From an uncultured Gemmatimonadales bacterium (lineage in GTDB: Bacteria; Gemmatimonadota; Gemmatimonadetes; Gemmatimonadales; GWC2-71-9), in contig CAVSTR010000004.1 in assembly GCA_963730915.1 (NCBI GenBank), positions 609,114 to 673,113 on the forward strand: a stretch of 64,000 bases of DNA. The letters run 5' to 3'. Under the pieces are notes generated by a model. That model was not told where the DNA came from, searched no databases, and saw nothing but the letters and a program-made list of their open reading frames with translations. Below are positions 8,528 to 18,889 of this stretch, piece by piece; the stretch's first letter is position 1, and every line of letters begins with the position of its first letter. The position numbers and the translations under genes are program-made.

Positions 8528-9751
8528 GTGCGCCTTCATCCTTTCGACGCTCTTCGACCGGTTCCCGAGCTGGCCGCCCGCGTGGCCGCCGTTCCGTACG
8601 ATGTCGTGAGCCGTGACGAGGCGGCCCATCTCGCTCGGGGAAATCCTGACAGCTTCCTGCATGTGGGACGCTCCGACATCGACCTTCCAAGCGACGTGGA
8701 TCCCCATGATTCCCGCATCTACCAGCAGGCGCGCGATGCACTCGATGCACTCGTCGCCCGCGGCATTCTCATTCGTGACGGCTCGCCGGCCCTGTACGTG
8801 TATCGCCAGATAATGGACGGCAGGGCACAGACCGGATTGGTCGGCTGCGTACATGTAGACGAATACGAGCGCGATATCATCCGCAAGCACGAAAAGACCA
8901 GACAGGACAAGGAGGACGACCGTACGCGTCATGTGCTCACCCTCGGAGCTCACGCCGAGCCGGTGTTCCTGACATACCGCGCTGACGCAACAATCGAAGG
9001 GCTAACGGCGGAGGTGCAACGCGGGCCTGCGCTCTACGATTTCACCGCGGTTGACGGTGTGCAGCATACCGTCTGGCGCATCCCGCGGCCGGCAGCGTGG
9101 GTGGCGGCGTTTCGGGAAGTTCCCCACGCGTACGTGGCCGACGGTCATCACCGCTCCGCCAGTGCCTGGCGCGCCGGCAAGGAACGGAGAGCCGCGAATC
9201 CCCGGCACAACGGCGATGAGGAATACAATTGGTTTCTGGCGGTCCTATTCCCGAGCGACCAGCTCAAGATCCTGCCCTACAACCGTCTGGTCCGCGACCT
9301 CGGCGGCATGTCGCCCGCACAAGTCCTGGGTGCAATCGGCCGGGTCGGACGGGTGTCGGCGTGTGATGATCCCCAACCTGCCCGGCCCGGAACCTTTTGT
9401 GTCTACCTCCAGGGCTCGTGGCACCGGGTCGAGCTGCACGCCGACACCATCCCTCGCTACGATCCGATCGGCTCGCTGGACGTCTCGTTGTTGCAGGACC
9501 GTGTGCTGGGGCCCATTCTCGGGATCGGAGATCCGCGGACCGACAAGCGGATCGACTTCGTGGGAGGAATTCGTGGCCCTGTCGAGCTGAAGCGGCGAGT
9601 TGATTCGGGCGAGATGGCTATCGCCTTCTCACTCTATCCCACCACGCTGGATCAGCTGATGTCGGTGAGCGATGCGGGTGCCATCATGCCTCCGAAGAGC
9701 ACCTGGTTCGAGCCGAAGCTGCGGAGCGGGCTCTTTGTGCATACGTTTTAG
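8528..9751 (+). CDS. DUF1015 family protein
   Basis: ORF 8468..9751 trimmed to in-frame GTG 8528 (VRLHPFDALRPVPELAARVAAVPYDVVSRDEA), which removes the overlap with the permease. The ADGHHRSAS motif fits DUF1015 as I recall it. Confidence 0.7.
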   Translation: MRLHPFDALRPVPELAARVAAVPYDVVSRDEAAHLARGNPDSFLHVGRSDIDLPSDVDPHDSRIYQQARDALDALVARGILIRDGSPALYVYRQIMDGRAQTGLVGCVHVDEYERDIIRKHEKTRQDKEDDRTRHVLTLGAHAEPVFLTYRADATIEGLTAEVQRGPALYDFTAVDGVQHTVWRIPRPAAWVAAFREVPHAYVADGHHRSASAWRAGKERRAANPRHNGDEEYNWFLAVLFPSDQLKILPYNRLVRDLGGMSPAQVLGAIGRVGRVSACDDPQPARPGTFCVYLQGSWHRVELHADTIPRYDPIGSLDVSLLQDRVLGPILGIGDPRTDKRIDFVGGIRGPVELKRRVDSGEMAIAFSLYPTTLDQLMSVSDAGAIMPPKSTWFEPKLRSGLFVHTF

Positions 9752-9790
9752 AAGTGGATAGTCTAGACTCTTGTCCTCGGTGGAGCAGCA

Positions 9791-11023
9791 ATGAAGGTTT
9801 TGATCGCTGACAAGTTCGAAAAGGTTGGAATCGACGGGCTCAAGGATCTCGGATGCACGGTAACCTCCGAGCCCGACGTCAAAGCGGACGCGCTTCCGGG
9901 CCTGATCCGGGAGATCGATCCCCATATTCTGATCGTTCGAAGCAAGAAGGTGAACGCCGACGCGCTTCGCGCCGGCACGGCGTTGACGCTGGTCATCCGG
10001 GCCGGCGCCGGCATCGACACGATCGATGTGGCCTCAGCGTCCGAGTTGGGCGTGTTCGTCTCCAACTGTCCCGCCAAGAATTCCATCGCTGTGGCGGAGC
10101 TGGTGCTCGGCCTACTGCTGGCGTGCGATCGCCGCATCCCGGATCAGGTGGCGGACTTGCGGCAGGGGAAATGGAACAAGGGCGACTACTCCAAGGCCCG
10201 CGGCCTGTATGGGCGCACACTCGGCATCGTGGGTCTGGGTCAGATCGGCCGGGAAGTATCCGCACGCGCGCGTGCGTTCGGTATGCGGGTGATCGCCTGG
10301 TCCCGCAGTCTGACCCACGATGAGGCGGACCGACTCGGGATCGCATACGCTCAGACGCCGCTCGAGGTGGCGCGCGAGGCCGATGCAGTCACGATCAACG
10401 TTGCCGCAAACGCCGAGACCAAGAACCTGGTGAATGCCGAGTTCCTGGCCGCAATGAAGCCCGGTGCGTACCTCATCAACACGGCCCGGGGGTCGGTGGT
10501 GGACGAAGCGGCCCTCCAGCAGGCTGTGCGTGAGAAGGGGATCAGAGCCGGCCTCGACGTCTTCCAGAACGAGCCTGCAGGCTCAACCGGTGAGTTCTCG
10601 AACCCCGTAGTTCAGACAGCGGGTGTTTACGGGACTCACCATGTGGGTGCGTCCACCGACCAGGCACAGGTCGCGATCGCGCATGAGGTGATCCGGATCG
10701 TGCAGTCGTTTCAGTCCAGCGGCGAGGTTCCCAATGCGGTGAACCGGCTCGCCAGAAGCTCTGCGACGCATGTGCTCACCATCCGCCATCGCAACCGTCC
10801 TGGGGTTCTGGCACACGTCTTCGGCGTCCTGGCTGGCGCGTCGATCAACGTCGAAGAGGTCGAGAACATCATCTATCACGGCGCTCAGGCAACCCTGGCT
10901 CGCATCCACCTGGACGGGCAGCCCGAATCGGCGGCACTCAATCAGATCCGAACGGGTAACCCCGACATCATCAGCGCCGATCTCAGCGCTCTCGATGGCC
11001 GCGAAATGCGCAACGGCAAGTAG
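9791..11023 (+). CDS. serA: D-3-phosphoglycerate dehydrogenase with C-terminal ACT domain
   Basis: 410 aa. NAD site GLGQIGREV, 2-hydroxyacid dehydrogenase catalytic region, ACT-like C-terminus ([30 protein letters not shown]). Confidence 0.85.
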   Translation: MKVLIADKFEKVGIDGLKDLGCTVTSEPDVKADALPGLIREIDPHILIVRSKKVNADALRAGTALTLVIRAGAGIDTIDVASASELGVFVSNCPAKNSIAVAELVLGLLLACDRRIPDQVADLRQGKWNKGDYSKARGLYGRTLGIVGLGQIGREVSARARAFGMRVIAWSRSLTHDEADRLGIAYAQTPLEVAREADAVTINVAANAETKNLVNAEFLAAMKPGAYLINTARGSVVDEAALQQAVREKGIRAGLDVFQNEPAGSTGEFSNPVVQTAGVYGTHHVGASTDQAQVAIAHEVIRIVQSFQSSGEVPNAVNRLARSSATHVLTIRHRNRPGVLAHVFGVLAGASINVEEVENIIYHGAQATLARIHLDGQPESAALNQIRTGNPDIISADLSALDGREMRNGK

Positions 11024-11043
11024 CCCTCATCCCCGAAAAGCAT

Positions 11044-12150
11044 ATGACCGATCGAATTCACAATTTCAGTGCCGGCCCCGCCGTTCTGCCGGAGCCGGTG
11101 CTCCGCAAGGCTCAGGAAGCGGTCTGGAACGTTAACGGAAGCGGCATCGGCATCATCGAGCATAGTCACCGGGGCAAGGTCTTCGACCGCATCATCGATG
11201 ACGCGGAGCAGGCCTGCCGGGCGCTTGCCGGAATTCCGGACAACTATCGGGTCCTGTTTCTTCAGGGCGGTGCCTCGCTTCAGTTTTCCATGATCCCGAT
11301 GAACCTGCTGCCACCCGATCGAACGGCAGACTATCTCCTCACTGGGGTATGGTCGCAGAAGGCGATCAAGGAGGCCAAGCAGCTCGGAAAGGTGCATGTG
11401 GCGGCTACGAGTGAGGCCACCAATTTCGACCGCATCCCGAAGCCGGACGAGATCCGCTATTCAGCCAACCCGGTCTACGTCCATTTCACAACCAACAACA
11501 CCATCTATGGAACGCAGTGGCGCTCCGAGCCTGCTGCTCCAGCCGACTCTCCTCTGATTGCGGACACGTCCAGCGACATGTACAGCCGCCCGCTCGATGT
11601 CCGAAAGTATGGGCTGATCTATGCGGGGGCCCAGAAAAACCTTGGGCCTGCCGGTCTCGTATTGGTGATAATCAGGGACGACCTGATCGAGCGTGGGCCG
11701 AAGACGTTGCCCACCATGCTGCAGTATCGAACGCACTCAGCCGAGAAGTCGCTCTACAACACCGCACCCACCTTTGCGATCTACGTGATGGGAGAGGTGT
11801 TCAAATGGATCCAGGGGCAGGGCGGGCTTGCGGCCATGGCCGAGCACAACGAGCAGAAGGCCCGAAAGCTGTACGACTATCTGGACTCCAGTGAGTTCTT
11901 CCGGGGTACTGCCCAACCGGACAGCCGCTCGCGTATGAACGTGTGCTTCCGCGCTCCAACCGAGGAGCTGGAAGAGAAGTTCGTCAAAGAAGCCGCCAAG
12001 AGGGGACTGGACGGACTGAAGGGACATCGTCTGGTGGGAGGAATGCGGGCCAGCATCTACAACGCGTGCCCTCCTGCAGCGGTGGACGCGCTGGTGTCGT
12101 TCATGAAGGAGTTCGAGCGAGCCAACCGCCCGGCAGCGGCGCGGAGCTGA
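11044..12150 (+). CDS. serC: phosphoserine aminotransferase
   Basis: 368 aa. N-terminus [16 protein letters not shown] and PLP-lysine context [12 protein letters not shown] are typical of SerC. Confidence 0.9.
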   Translation: MTDRIHNFSAGPAVLPEPVLRKAQEAVWNVNGSGIGIIEHSHRGKVFDRIIDDAEQACRALAGIPDNYRVLFLQGGASLQFSMIPMNLLPPDRTADYLLTGVWSQKAIKEAKQLGKVHVAATSEATNFDRIPKPDEIRYSANPVYVHFTTNNTIYGTQWRSEPAAPADSPLIADTSSDMYSRPLDVRKYGLIYAGAQKNLGPAGLVLVIIRDDLIERGPKTLPTMLQYRTHSAEKSLYNTAPTFAIYVMGEVFKWIQGQGGLAAMAEHNEQKARKLYDYLDSSEFFRGTAQPDSRSRMNVCFRAPTEELEEKFVKEAAKRGLDGLKGHRLVGGMRASIYNACPPAAVDALVSFMKEFERANRPAAARS

Positions 12151-12154
12151 TGGC

Positions 12155-13504
12155 GTGTTATACCTGAGCCTTGCAGCGCTACTCGCCGGTGCAGCGCCCG
12201 CGACACGTCCCGATACGACTGTCGCCTTCGTGGACGTGACCGTCATACCGATGGATCGGCAGCAGGAGCTTGCTCTTCAGACCGTGGTGGTGCAGGGAGG
12301 CCGGATCTCGGCCCTGGGTCCCAGCAACCGGGTTACGGTACCGGCGGGCAGCAGCCGTATAGATGGGCGCGGCAAGTTCCTCATGCCCGGTCTCGCCGAA
12401 ATGCACGCCCACATTCCGAGTGGCGAGCAGCCTGACAGCATCATCGAGCGTACGCTCTTCATGTACGTGGCACGCGGAATCACCACAGTCCGCGGCATGC
12501 TCGGCCACCCCAAGCATCTCGAGCTTCGGACGCGAGCCGCTCGGGGTGAGCTGCTGAGCCCCACGATTTACACTTCGGGCCCCTCTTTCAACGGCAACAG
12601 TGTTCCGACAGCTGAAGTTGCTGCCCGAATGGTCAGTGAACAGAAGTCAGCGGGCTATGACTTCCTGAAGATCCATCCAGGCATTCGAAGTGAGGTATTC
12701 GATACACTCGCCGCGGCGGCGCGGCGTGCCGGCATCCGTCTCGCTGGGCATGTTCCTGCGGAGGTGGGTCTTCAGCGAGCGTTGGCTGCCGGATACATAA
12801 GCATCGACCACCTGGATGGGTACGTCGAAGCTATGGCGCGCACTGGACCCTCCGAGGAATCGGCATTTTTCGGACTGAACCTGGGTGAGCGGCTCGACGA
12901 ATCCAGGATGCCGGCGCTGGTGCGAGCAACCAAGGAAGCCGGCGTGTGGAACGTTCCTACCCAGGTGCTCATGGAGAACCTGGTGCCCGCCGTGAGCCTC
13001 GAGGTGCTGCAGCGACGACCGGAGATGCGCTACGTCTCCCGGGAAACTCAGTCCAAGTGGGCCGAGGTAAAGCGGTCGATGCTGGAGGAGACGGGCTCGA
13101 CTCCAGGTTCCATGGCAAAGACCATGGACGTTCGGCGCAAGCTGATCAAGGCTTTGCACCAGGCGGGTGCCGGTCTGCTGCTTGGCTCGGATGCCCCCCA
13201 GATCTACAATGTGCCGGGCTTTTCAACCCACCGGGAACTGGAATCACTGGTAGGTGCAGGCCTCACGCCATACGAGGCGCTGGAAACCGGAACCCGCAAT
13301 GTCGCCGCCTTTTTCGGGACGATGGCAACCACCGGCACTATCGGGGTCGGCAAACGGGCGGATCTGATCCTGCTGGATGCCAATCCGCTGACGGACATAC
13401 GCAACACAACAAGGCAATCCGGTGTGATGGTGCGGGGCAGGTGGCTGTCAAAAACGGAGATCGAGGCGAGGTTGTCGACCATCGCCAAGGGGCTCGGAAA
13501 CTGA
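12155..13504 (+). CDS. secreted amidohydrolase-family metal hydrolase
   Basis: 449 aa, GTG start 4 nt after the serC stop. Signal-like N-terminus, HxH metal motif AEMHAHIP, LLGSDAP. Family-level call only. Confidence 0.7.
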   Translation: MLYLSLAALLAGAAPATRPDTTVAFVDVTVIPMDRQQELALQTVVVQGGRISALGPSNRVTVPAGSSRIDGRGKFLMPGLAEMHAHIPSGEQPDSIIERTLFMYVARGITTVRGMLGHPKHLELRTRAARGELLSPTIYTSGPSFNGNSVPTAEVAARMVSEQKSAGYDFLKIHPGIRSEVFDTLAAAARRAGIRLAGHVPAEVGLQRALAAGYISIDHLDGYVEAMARTGPSEESAFFGLNLGERLDESRMPALVRATKEAGVWNVPTQVLMENLVPAVSLEVLQRRPEMRYVSRETQSKWAEVKRSMLEETGSTPGSMAKTMDVRRKLIKALHQAGAGLLLGSDAPQIYNVPGFSTHRELESLVGAGLTPYEALETGTRNVAAFFGTMATTGTIGVGKRADLILLDANPLTDIRNTTRQSGVMVRGRWLSKTEIEARLSTIAKGLGN

Positions 13505-14623
13505 TCAGCGTTGATTCAGTGCTCGAATCAGTTGCTCGTTCGTGGGATGTCGCTTGAGCTCGATCAGCAGATCGTTCATCGCATTGATAGGAGTCATACC
13601 CGCAATCCTCTGACGAAGCACCCGGCTGGCAGCCAGTGCCTCCTCACTCAACAACAGCTCCTCCCGGCGAGTGGCGCTCGCTACGAGATCAATGGCCGGG
13701 AAGATGCGCCGCTCGGCCAGCTCCCGGCTCAGCACCAGCTCGCTATTGCCGGTTCCCTTGAACTCCTCGAAAATCACTTGATCCATCTTGCTGCCGGTAT
13801 CCACCAGTGCCGTGGCTATGATGGTCAGGGATCCTTCGCTCTGCGAAGGGTCGATCCTGCGCGCACTTCCAAGAAACCGTTTCGGCTTTTCAAGGGACTG
13901 CGCGTCTAGGCCGCCCGAGAGAGTCCGGCCGGTGCCTTTCTCGACCGTATTGTAGGCCCGGGCAAGCCGCGTCAGGGAATCCACAATCAACACCACATCA
14001 CCGCCCATCTCGACCCGCCGCCGGGCTCGCTCCAGCGTCAGCTCGGCGATAGAAACGTGCTGTTGCGCCGGATTGTCGAAGCTGGAAGCGATGACTTCGC
14101 CCACACCCGCCGCCTCCATCTCGAACACCTCCTCTGGCCGCTCGTCTACCAGCAGGATGAACAGGTCGGATGCGGGATAATTGGCGTTCACCCCCTGGGC
14201 GATCGCCTGCAGCACCATGGTCTTACCGGCTTTTGCCGGGGCGACGATGAGTGCCCGCTGGCCTTTGCCCAAAGGACACAGCAGATCGATTACCCGATTG
14301 GTAGGATCTGAGGGTGCGGCCCCCGCCGAGGCCTCGAGTCGGAGCGGTTCATTGGGGTGTACGGCGCCTAAACGGCTGAATTCGGGCCGCTGACCCAGAA
14401 TTTCAGGAGATTTGCCTAGGACGGCAGACACTGTTTCGAGTGACGCGCTCTTGCCTTTGCTCGGCGCCCTGACTGATCCGGCGATCTCGTCGCCCGTTCG
14501 AAGGCCATACTGACGAATGAGCCGCTCCCCGACGTGCACGTCACCCTGGGAAGGTAGATAGCTGGTCTCGCGTCGCCGAAGAAAGCCACTGCCGCGTCCG
14601 GCCAGCTCGAGCACGCCGAGCAT
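13505..14623 (-). CDS. rho: transcription termination factor Rho, short form lacking the N-terminal helix bundle
   Basis: 372 aa. Begins at the CSD-like RNA-binding domain (LELAGRGSGFLR, compare E. coli LEILQDGFGFLR near residue 52). Walker A APAKAGKT, Walker B LLVDERPEEV, RLARAYN, ATALVDTGSKMDQVIFEEFKGTGNSEL. Confidence 0.9.
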   Translation of the reverse strand: MLGVLELAGRGSGFLRRRETSYLPSQGDVHVGERLIRQYGLRTGDEIAGSVRAPSKGKSASLETVSAVLGKSPEILGQRPEFSRLGAVHPNEPLRLEASAGAAPSDPTNRVIDLLCPLGKGQRALIVAPAKAGKTMVLQAIAQGVNANYPASDLFILLVDERPEEVFEMEAAGVGEVIASSFDNPAQQHVSIAELTLERARRRVEMGGDVVLIVDSLTRLARAYNTVEKGTGRTLSGGLDAQSLEKPKRFLGSARRIDPSQSEGSLTIIATALVDTGSKMDQVIFEEFKGTGNSELVLSRELAERRIFPAIDLVASATRREELLLSEEALAASRVLRQRIAGMTPINAMNDLLIELKRHPTNEQLIRALNQR

Positions 14624-15042
14624 CAGGCGGCCGCCGCAGCCACAGAACGCTTGATGCGGTGCAGGATGGCTGTGAGGCCCTGGGTGCGGGTCATGCCGAG
14701 GGTTTCGCTGAGGCCGAGCTGGTCGAGCAGATCGTCGGGGATTCGGGCCACCGCGTCAGGGGTTTGGCCCTCGAGACTGCGGGCCAGCAAAGAGATGAAT
14801 CCGCGTACCGTCGGGGATTCTCTGGGGACATCAGCGTGAATGTGGACTCGGCCATCATCAACCTCAACCCACATGAACACTGGAGTTTGACACTCGTGCA
14901 CCCGGTTGTGGCCCAGCTGCTTTTCGGCTTCGTATCGCTCCGGCAGCGGTGGCAGCTTCTTGGAGTAATCGAGGAGCGTCTCGAGCCGGGTATTGCGGTC
15001 GGCAGCCTTAAAGCGGGGGATCAGGGTTTCCAGCGTCGGCAT
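14623..15042 (-). CDS. sufE: SufE-family cysteine desulfuration (sulfur acceptor) protein
   Basis: ORF 14623..15192 trimmed to ATG 15042 (MPTLETLIPRFKAADRNTRLETLLDYSKKLP). Active-site region HECQTPVFMW. Its stop TGA shares one base with the rho ATG (TGATG). Confidence 0.8.
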   Translation of the reverse strand: MPTLETLIPRFKAADRNTRLETLLDYSKKLPPLPERYEAEKQLGHNRVHECQTPVFMWVEVDDGRVHIHADVPRESPTVRGFISLLARSLEGQTPDAVARIPDDLLDQLGLSETLGMTRTQGLTAILHRIKRSVAAAAA

Positions 15043-15239
15043 GAACACTCGGCTTCGGTTCTGATAGCAAGGTGGCACAAAGAAGGTCTGGTAGCTATAC
15101 CCGCCTTGCCTGGAACCCACAGACCAAGCCGGACGTTCCCGCTGTAGCCTGTCATTGTGCCCTGCATCTCGCGGTGTAGCAGAATCAAACATATGATATC
15201 AAAGAGACTCTGTAGCATGCCCAGTTTCGGAGAGATGTC

Positions 15240-16553
15240 ATGACGACGGTTGCCACACCGAGGGGAGTAGATCGGGAAGCCTTAGCATCTCAGCTGGCCG
15301 AAGCTCGAGCCAGGACTCTTATGCTGGTTCGTCCGCTTACCGATGCCGAGCTGCGGTTGCAGCACGATCCACTCATGAGCCCGATCCTCTGGGACTTGGG
15401 CCACATCGCGCACTTCGAGGAACTCTGGCTGACCCGGAACCTCGATGGTCCGGTCGAGTTCGTCGAAATGCCGGGGTTGTTCAATCCATTCGAGCATCCC
15501 AGAAGCGAACGCGGGTCACTGCGGCTGCCGACTTTTACAGAATGTCGCGAGGTGATGGACGAAATTCGTTCGCGCGTTCTGGAGCGGCTCGACGACACCG
15601 AGCCTGATGACACCAATCCGCTGCTGCGACAGGGATATGTCTATAGGATGGTCCTGCAGCACGAGTATCAGCACAACGAAACGATCCTGCAGACGCTTCA
15701 GCTCAAACAGGGGAATCCGTACACACCCATCGATCGATTCGCTCCTCCGAAGGAACACGCAGAGATCCCGCGTGACATGGTCCGCTTTCCCGGCGGAGAG
15801 CTGGACATGGGAACCGATGATCGTTCGGCTGCCTATGACAATGAACGGCCGCGGCACCGAATCGAGCTGGCGCCCTTCTGGATCGATCGCGCGCCCGTGA
15901 CCAACGGCGAGTTCGCTGGTTTCATCGAGGCGGGGGGATACTCCACCCGAGCGTACTGGTCCGACGCGGGTTGGGGTTGGGTGAAAACATCAGGGGCGCG
16001 GTCGCCGATGTACTGGACCAGAGCCGGCGATGGTTGGCACAGCCGCTCGATGGATCAGGCCGGTGCGATCGAGCCCGACCATCCGGTCTGCCACGTGTGT
16101 TTCTATGAAGCCGAGGCGTTTGCCCGCTATGCGGGCAAGCGGCTTCCCACCGAGTTCGAGTGGGAAGCGGCTGCCTCCTGGAGTCCCTCCGGATCCAAGC
16201 TCACTTATCCCTGGGGCGAGCAGTTGCCGACCAAGGATCTCGCCAACCTGGATCAGCTGGCGTTTGGTACCCGAGCGATCGGGAGCTACCGGGAGAACGT
16301 CTCACCGCTGGGCTGCTACGGCATGATCGGAGACGTGTGGGAGTGGACCTCGAGCGACTTTCACGGCTATCCCGGGTTCCAAAGCTTTCCATATCCGGAG
16401 TACTCGGAGGCGTTCTTTGGAAGCGACTACAAGGTTCTCCGCGGTGGATCATGGGCCACCAGGCCAGGAGCGATTCGCAACACATTCCGCAACTGGGATT
16501 ACCCGATCAGGCGGCAGATTTTCAGCGGCTTCCGGTGCGCTCGAGATGACTGA
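15240..16553 (+). CDS. egtB: ergothioneine biosynthesis sulfoxide synthase EgtB (DinB_2 + FGE-sulfatase domains)
   Basis: 437 aa. DinB-type His ligands (WDLGHIAHFEE, LQHEYQHNET). C-terminal FGE-like domain (GNVSPLGCYGMIGDVWEWT, PYPEYSEAFFG, RGGSWAT). Confidence 0.85.
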   Translation: MTTVATPRGVDREALASQLAEARARTLMLVRPLTDAELRLQHDPLMSPILWDLGHIAHFEELWLTRNLDGPVEFVEMPGLFNPFEHPRSERGSLRLPTFTECREVMDEIRSRVLERLDDTEPDDTNPLLRQGYVYRMVLQHEYQHNETILQTLQLKQGNPYTPIDRFAPPKEHAEIPRDMVRFPGGELDMGTDDRSAAYDNERPRHRIELAPFWIDRAPVTNGEFAGFIEAGGYSTRAYWSDAGWGWVKTSGARSPMYWTRAGDGWHSRSMDQAGAIEPDHPVCHVCFYEAEAFARYAGKRLPTEFEWEAAASWSPSGSKLTYPWGEQLPTKDLANLDQLAFGTRAIGSYRENVSPLGCYGMIGDVWEWTSSDFHGYPGFQSFPYPEYSEAFFGSDYKVLRGGSWATRPGAIRNTFRNWDYPIRRQIFSGFRCARDD

Positions 16554-17556
16554 AATTCCTTCGAGCCGCTGGTCACGGACGACTCGGGGCGACAGGAGCG
16601 ACCTCGCAGCGCGTGCCTACAAGCAGCCGAATTCGCGCATGCTCGCCGAGGTTGCCGCCGGTCTGGCCGCACCCCAGAAGGAGCTGTCGCCCAAGTATTT
16701 CTATGACCATCGCGGCTCCGAGATCTTCGAGGAGATCACCAGGCTGCCCGAGTATTACCAGACGCGAACCGAGCGGGCGATCCTCGATGCCTGGATGCCG
16801 TCTCTGATCGCCGGGCTGGGTACGAGAGCCCTGGTCGAGCTCGGTGCCGGCAGTGCGGAAAAGAGCCGGCTCATCATCAGCGCCATGCGCGCCGCTGGAA
16901 CCGCCGAGCTCTACGTGCCGATCGACGTCAGCGCCAGCTTTCTCAATCAAACCGCGGCGCAGCTGCGGCGTGAGTACCCGGGTCTCTCCGTCGAGCCGGT
17001 CGTGGCCGACATTGCCGAGGAGCTGGGCCGGCCCGCCGGCTTACCTCATCCCGCGATATATGCGTTCCTCGGCGGCACCATCGGCAATTTCTATCCGCCT
17101 GCAGCCATCCGACTCCTGAGCCGGGTCCGGGCGGCCATGAATGCTGAAGACCGACTTTTGCTCGGCGTCGACTTGCGGAAGGACACAGCTCGGATCGAGC
17201 TGGCCTACAACGATTCGCAGGGGGTAACCGCCGCGTTCAACCGGAACATGCTCTTGGTTTTGAATCACGAGTTGGGCGCCGATTTCGACCCGGAATTATT
17301 CGGACACCGTGCGTTCTATGAGCCGGTCACTCACCGGATCGAGATGCACCTTGTGTCACAGCTGGAGCAGGAAGTGAGAATTCCAGGCATTGGCCAGATC
17401 TGCTTTGCACCGGGCGAATCGATCCGTACCGAGATCAGCTGCAAGTACGATCGTCAGAGTGTGGCCGAGCTTTTCGAGCCTGCGGGATTTCAGATCGAGA
17501 CGTGGAGATCCGATCCTGACAACCTGTTTGCTCTCGTCGTGGGGTCACCCACGTGA
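16546..17556 (+). CDS. egtD: L-histidine N-alpha-methyltransferase EgtD
   Basis: ORF 16417..17556 trimmed to ATG 16546 (8-nt overlap with egtB). YFYDHRGSEIFEEITRLPEYYQTRTERAIL and LVELGAGSAEKS are EgtD hallmarks. Confidence 0.85.
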   Translation: MTEIPSSRWSRTTRGDRSDLAARAYKQPNSRMLAEVAAGLAAPQKELSPKYFYDHRGSEIFEEITRLPEYYQTRTERAILDAWMPSLIAGLGTRALVELGAGSAEKSRLIISAMRAAGTAELYVPIDVSASFLNQTAAQLRREYPGLSVEPVVADIAEELGRPAGLPHPAIYAFLGGTIGNFYPPAAIRLLSRVRAAMNAEDRLLLGVDLRKDTARIELAYNDSQGVTAAFNRNMLLVLNHELGADFDPELFGHRAFYEPVTHRIEMHLVSQLEQEVRIPGIGQICFAPGESIRTEISCKYDRQSVAELFEPAGFQIETWRSDPDNLFALVVGSPT

Positions 17557-18809
17557 CCACGCTGACCCGCGGGATGCTGGAGGTAGACCTGGAGGAGCGG
17601 GTCTTCGGCGGCGCGCCGGCCGCTTCACTCGCACCGCGCAGGCTTGGCGCCGAGGTAGAGCTCATTCCCGTCGAGGCAGGAACCGGCCGGCGCTGCTGCA
17701 TCGACTCGGAAGGTGCTCTCAGCACGCTTCCCTTCCTTCGCAGATACGGCAGCAGGCAGTCCTGGAGAGAGAGTCTCACCGGGAAAGGAACTCCCTGTTT
17801 CACGCTGCCAACAGGCGGCACGCTGACGTTCGAGCCGGGAGGGCAGCTCGAGTACAGCTCTCCGCCGCTTCGTTCCGCTTCCGCGCTGCTGGCAATTCTG
17901 CGCGCGGTGATTGTTCCGTTGCGCGCCGCTGCGGCCGATGAAGGAATCGATCTGCTGGCCGTAGGACTCGATCCTTACAACTCGGAAGAGCGAGCGCCGA
18001 TGCTCATCCAGGCCCGGCGCTACGAGCGAATGGCGGAGTATCTCGCGCGCCGAGGTCCGGCGGGGGCGCGCATGATGCGCCAGACGGCGGCTTTTCAAAT
18101 CGGCGTCGATTTCGATGATGAACCGTGGCTGCGGTGGAGAGTGCTCAATGCGGCGGCACCGTTCTTTGTGGCGATCTTCGCCAACTCTCCGATGTACGCC
18201 GGCGAGCGCACCGGGCATCAGAGCTCCCGAGCCGACGTATGGCGCACCTTGGATCCCACTCGGACGGGATTGCCATATGACGAGGATGCCCCGGTACCGG
18301 CCTATCTCGATTTTGCGCTGGATGCCCCGGCCATTCTCCTTCCTACCATCGAGGGCGAGCACAGGCCCTTCGGCGAGTGGCTGGTGCGTGCCGATCCGAC
18401 CCCGGAGGAATGGCAGGATCACCTGAGCACGCTCTTCCCTGAGGTGCGTCCGCGGGGTCATCTGGAGGTCCGTTCGGCCGACGCGGTTGCACCCGAGTGG
18501 TATGCGGCTCCGCTCGCTCTCGCCGCAGGCATCCTCTACGACTCGCGGGCATTGAGAGCTGCCGCCGATCTGCTGCCGTCGCCGGATCTCGCACTCTTGA
18601 AACGCGCTGGAGAGCTCGGGGTGCACGATGCCGATATTGCCCGCACTTCTTCCGATCTCTTCGAGCTGGCGTTGGCGGGCTGCGCTGGTTTAGGCGCCGC
18701 CTATTTTCATTCTTCGGATCTGGAGGAGGCCCGGGCCTTCTTCGACCGGTACACCCGCCGGGGGAGAGCGCCCGCTGACGACCTTCTCCGGAACGCCATC
18801 GCCGCTTAG
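17553..18809 (+). CDS. egtA: glutamate-cysteine ligase family 2 protein (EgtA-like)
   Basis: 418 aa, GTG start in a GTGA overlap with egtD. GCS2-type sequence (GAEVELIPV, TFEPGGQLEYSSPP, FPEVRPRGHLEVRSAD). Confidence 0.7.
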   Translation: MTTLTRGMLEVDLEERVFGGAPAASLAPRRLGAEVELIPVEAGTGRRCCIDSEGALSTLPFLRRYGSRQSWRESLTGKGTPCFTLPTGGTLTFEPGGQLEYSSPPLRSASALLAILRAVIVPLRAAAADEGIDLLAVGLDPYNSEERAPMLIQARRYERMAEYLARRGPAGARMMRQTAAFQIGVDFDDEPWLRWRVLNAAAPFFVAIFANSPMYAGERTGHQSSRADVWRTLDPTRTGLPYDEDAPVPAYLDFALDAPAILLPTIEGEHRPFGEWLVRADPTPEEWQDHLSTLFPEVRPRGHLEVRSADAVAPEWYAAPLALAAGILYDSRALRAAADLLPSPDLALLKRAGELGVHDADIARTSSDLFELALAGCAGLGAAYFHSSDLEEARAFFDRYTRRGRAPADDLLRNAIAA

Positions 18810-18889
18810 CATCGTTGTAGCCGTCAACCGAGCCAAGCGCTCTTGGCTGGGGCCGTCTAGTCGGGTCTGATTCAACCTCCAGGTATCAC

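Noticed and set aside
13502-13507. TGATCA formed by the abutting stop codons of the amidohydrolase and rho genes
   Set aside because: This is a neat zero-gap convergent junction, but it is explained by compaction. There is no evidence of a specific function.
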